Shown in pieces: positions 61,188 through 64,000 of a stretch of 64,000 nt of DNA. Source of the stretch: Cyanobacteriota bacterium (GTDB lineage Bacteria; Cyanobacteriota; Cyanobacteriia; Cyanobacteriales; Nostocaceae); NCBI GenBank assembly GCA_046045965.1, contig JBJOKS010000008.1, positions 64,001 to 128,000 of the forward strand. The letters run 5' to 3'. The notes beneath the pieces are model-generated. The model did not search any database. It saw nothing but the letters and a program-made list of their open reading frames with translations, and was not told the DNA's origin. Position 1 is the first letter of the stretch. Every line of letters starts with the position of its first letter. A program made the translations under genes and the position numbers.

Positions 61188-62186
61188 ATGTCGTCGCAAA
61201 AGCCCACGATTTTGGTAACAGGGGGAGCAGGTTATATTGGTTCTCATGCAGTGCTGGCTCTAGTCCAAGCTGGTTATCAGGTGAAAATCCTTGATAATCT
61301 GGTCTATGGGCATCGGGATCTGGTAGAACAGGTTTTGCAGGTAGAATTGATTGCAGGTGATATAGAAGATCGCCCTCTGTTGGATCATCTATTTCAAACT
61401 CACAACATAGAAGCTGTTATGCACTTTTCTGCCTATGCCTATGTGGGTGAATCTGTTACCAATCCTGCTAAATACTACCGCAATAACGTTGTTGCAACTT
61501 TGACGTTATTGGAAGCGATGCTGTCAGCGTCTATTAAAAAATTTGTCTTTTCTTCTACCTGTGCTACTTACGGAGTGCCACAATTTATCCCCATCACCGA
61601 AGATCATCCCCAACATCCTATTAACCCCTATGGCGCTACTAAGTTGATGGTAGAAAGGATTCTCTTGGATTTTGATGTAGCCTATGGGTTAAAATCTGTG
61701 TGTTTCCGCTATTTTAATGCTGCTGGTGCTGATCCTCGTGGCTTATTAGGAGAGGATCACGATCCAGAAACTCATTTAATACCTTTGGTATTGCAAACAG
61801 CTTTAGGTAAACGGGAATCAATTTCAGTATTTGGTACTGATTATCCTACCCCTGATGGTACTTGTATTCGTGATTATATTCACGTTTCTGATTTAGCAGA
61901 TGCCCATATTTTAGGGTTGGAATATCTACTTCAAGGTGGTGAAAGTGAAGTTTTCAATTTAGGTAATGGTAATGGCTTTTCTGTTAAAGAAGTCATTAGT
62001 GCCGCCCAGGAAATAACAGGAATAAATATACCTATACAAGAGTGCGATCGCCGTCCCGGTGATCCTCCTTCTCTTATTGGTAGCAGTGAAAAAGCTAGAA
62101 AAATATTAAATTGGCAACCTCAATATCCTGGTATTCAAGATATTGTCACTCACGCTTGGAACTGGCATCAAAAACGACATAAGTAG
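61188..62186 (+). CDS. galE: UDP-glucose 4-epimerase
   Basis: TGGAGYIGSH, YGATK, FRYFNAAGA, DGTCIRDYIHV. Confidence 0.96.
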   Translation: MSSQKPTILVTGGAGYIGSHAVLALVQAGYQVKILDNLVYGHRDLVEQVLQVELIAGDIEDRPLLDHLFQTHNIEAVMHFSAYAYVGESVTNPAKYYRNNVVATLTLLEAMLSASIKKFVFSSTCATYGVPQFIPITEDHPQHPINPYGATKLMVERILLDFDVAYGLKSVCFRYFNAAGADPRGLLGEDHDPETHLIPLVLQTALGKRESISVFGTDYPTPDGTCIRDYIHVSDLADAHILGLEYLLQGGESEVFNLGNGNGFSVKEVISAAQEITGINIPIQECDRRPGDPPSLIGSSEKARKILNWQPQYPGIQDIVTHAWNWHQKRHK

Positions 62187-62309
62187 GGACTGGGAACTGG
62201 GGACTCTTAAGAAAGCAGGGGAGGCAGGGGAGGCAGGGGAAGCAGGGGAGGAATATTAACTTTTACCTTTTGCTTTTTGCTTTCTGTTCCCTATTACCTT
62301 ATTTATGAA

Positions 62310-62900
62310 TTACGAATTACCCCTCATAGTTTGCACTAAGAAAACTACAATGCCTATAGATAACAGGAAAATTGCCACGATAATTATAGGCTGTGCTAAC
62401 GCTTTTGCCGCAGTTTGTTGTTGATTTATCTCAGTTACATTTTCTCCTGCTTGTGTTGCTGCTACTGCTTTACCTGCGGCCACGGTGACTTGAAACTTTA
62501 ATTCAAAAGGTCGAAAACTCGCATCTGTTGCTGGTTTACCACTCAGTTGCAGTTCATAAACCCCTGGTTTGGGAAAAGTAATTTCTGCCCCTGGTATGCC
62601 TTGATACCGTTCAGCATCAACAGGTTTTAAGGGAGGTTCAAGCAGTGCGGGTTCTCCTGGTGTATGAGGTTCGGCATAAATAGCCAATTGACAATTACAC
62701 TCTTTTAAGGGTAAAACTTTACCACCTTTACGAGTCAAAGCAAACCAAGTTTGGGCAGCTTCACCAGCACGGGGATTATCATTGGGTTCAATGTGAATAG
62801 TACCACCAATATCACCTGATATTTTGACCGTATGGGCAGAAGCAACAGGAAGAGATGTAAATGATAGAAATAATAAAAGTGGTAATAATTTGTAATTCAT
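62310..62900 (-). CDS. Hypothetical exported protein with C-terminal membrane anchor
   Basis: Signal peptide ending ASA-H and a C-terminal TM helix. Confidence 0.7.
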   Translation of the reverse strand: MNYKLLPLLLFLSFTSLPVASAHTVKISGDIGGTIHIEPNDNPRAGEAAQTWFALTRKGGKVLPLKECNCQLAIYAEPHTPGEPALLEPPLKPVDAERYQGIPGAEITFPKPGVYELQLSGKPATDASFRPFELKFQVTVAAGKAVAATQAGENVTEINQQQTAAKALAQPIIIVAIFLLSIGIVVFLVQTMRGNS

Positions 62901-62944
62901 AATTGAAGGCAGGAGGCAGGAGGCAGAAGTTTTTAATTTTTAAT

Positions 62945-64000
62945 TTATTTGTTATCTGTCTTCTTTGGGGGAATATAATACTTTTCAATATTTAAAATTG
63001 ACCACAAAAAGCGCGATCGCAATAATAAAACACCAAGGGTAATTATTACTAATAACAAAGTTGCTAATCTATTACCCCAAGTCAATCTTAAAGCACCCAA
63101 GTAATGAGAACCAATCAATACTACATGAATAACAGTCAATAGCAAAGCGGGAACGCTCAAAAGATGAATTTGTCGCCAAAGCTTACCTAAAGACTTTTGC
63201 AGAAAATCGAAACTTGTACAAGCCGCAGGAATCATCAACACCAAAGCCACAACTCCTGCACCCATTCCCCATTGAAATTCTAGCGGTAAGAACCAAAAAG
63301 CGGCAAAATTCCATTCTAGAGAGTGTTCTATATTATGAATGGTATGTACCACGGACAGGACAAAAGCCCCTACTCCGAAAGCCCGACGGTAGCGCATGGG
63401 TGATGACCACAAACCACTGAGAGGACGAGCAACTAACGCCAAAATTAAGCAGATCAGGGCAGCGTGTCCACTGTAGTCTACCATTGTGTCACCAGTTCGC
63501 AATAGAGTAATTGCGCCAATGATCAGTGTCACCCAACCACCCAAGCGAAATAACTGACTACGGCGATCTTTACTCATTAAGGAAATAGAAACACCTACTC
63601 CCAACATCGTCGGTAGAGTTCCCAAGCCAAAGGCTAACATAGTAATTGCACCATGCCACAAATTACCTGTAGCTGCGGCTTTAATTTGAGCAGCGTATAA
63701 AAAACCGCAAGGCATTAAACCCCAAGTCATGCCCAAAAGTGCTGGTGTCCACCATTTTGTATGTAAGGATAGTTTCACCATGCCCGCACTTAGTCGGTTA
63801 TGTAAACTACCTTTTAAGAGAGGATGTAGTAAGGGAATATGCGGTAATAAGTCTGGCTTAACTTGTCCTAAACCAAACCAAATTAACATGATACCAGTAA
63901 TTATAGCTATCCAGCGGCGTAAATCACTACCAATTCCCGCTAATTGTCCACCTTCAACTAATACCGAACCGAGAGCGCCAATACCTGCACCGACTAGAGC
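62945..64000 (-). CDS. Sulfite-exporter TauE/DsbD_2-like membrane protein fused to a ferric-reductase-like TM domain (starts beyond the right edge)
   Basis: WGLMPCGFLY and AFGLGTLP, then RRAFGV...H and WRQIHLL...H. The frame appears open to the window end. Confidence 0.75.
   Translation of the reverse strand, partial: ALVGAGIGALGSVLVEGGQLAGIGSDLRRWIAIITGIMLIWFGLGQVKPDLLPHIPLLHPLLKGSLHNRLSAGMVKLSLHTKWWTPALLGMTWGLMPCGFLYAAQIKAAATGNLWHGAITMLAFGLGTLPTMLGVGVSISLMSKDRRSQLFRLGGWVTLIIGAITLLRTGDTMVDYSGHAALICLILALVARPLSGLWSSPMRYRRAFGVGAFVLSVVHTIHNIEHSLEWNFAAFWFLPLEFQWGMGAGVVALVLMIPAACTSFDFLQKSLGKLWRQIHLLSVPALLLTVIHVVLIGSHYLGALRLTWGNRLATLLLVIITLGVLLLRSRFLWSILNIEKYYIPPKKTDNK

Overview
Genomic DNA from a heterocyst-forming (Nostocales-like) cyanobacterium, judged by the HIP1 octamers, heptamer tandem repeats, nblR, petM and ycf39. 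The left ~42 kb is an accessory island between a Ser/Thr kinase gene and tRNA-Leu(CAA). It carries a tightly coupled minus-strand operon of five monomodular type I PKS genes: KS-AT-OMT-KR-ACP, then KS-AT-DH-ER-KR-ACP, then a degenerate KS-AT0-ACP0, then KS-AT-OMT-KR-ACP, and finally a CurM-like KS-AT-KR-ACP-sulfotransferase-thioesterase. The island also holds a 1963-aa multi-lectin-like protein, two small proteins (one homologous to that protein's C-terminus), a CotSA-like glycosyltransferase, an ABC1/AarF kinase and IS/MITE debris. The module logic is malonyl-only, with uniform B-type KRs, O-methylation, one fully reducing module and terminal-alkene release. This fits the isotactic polymethoxy-1-alkenes known from cyanobacteria if module 4 is used iteratively. 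That is the main hypothesis and it is an inference. The right ~22 kb is ordinary housekeeping DNA.
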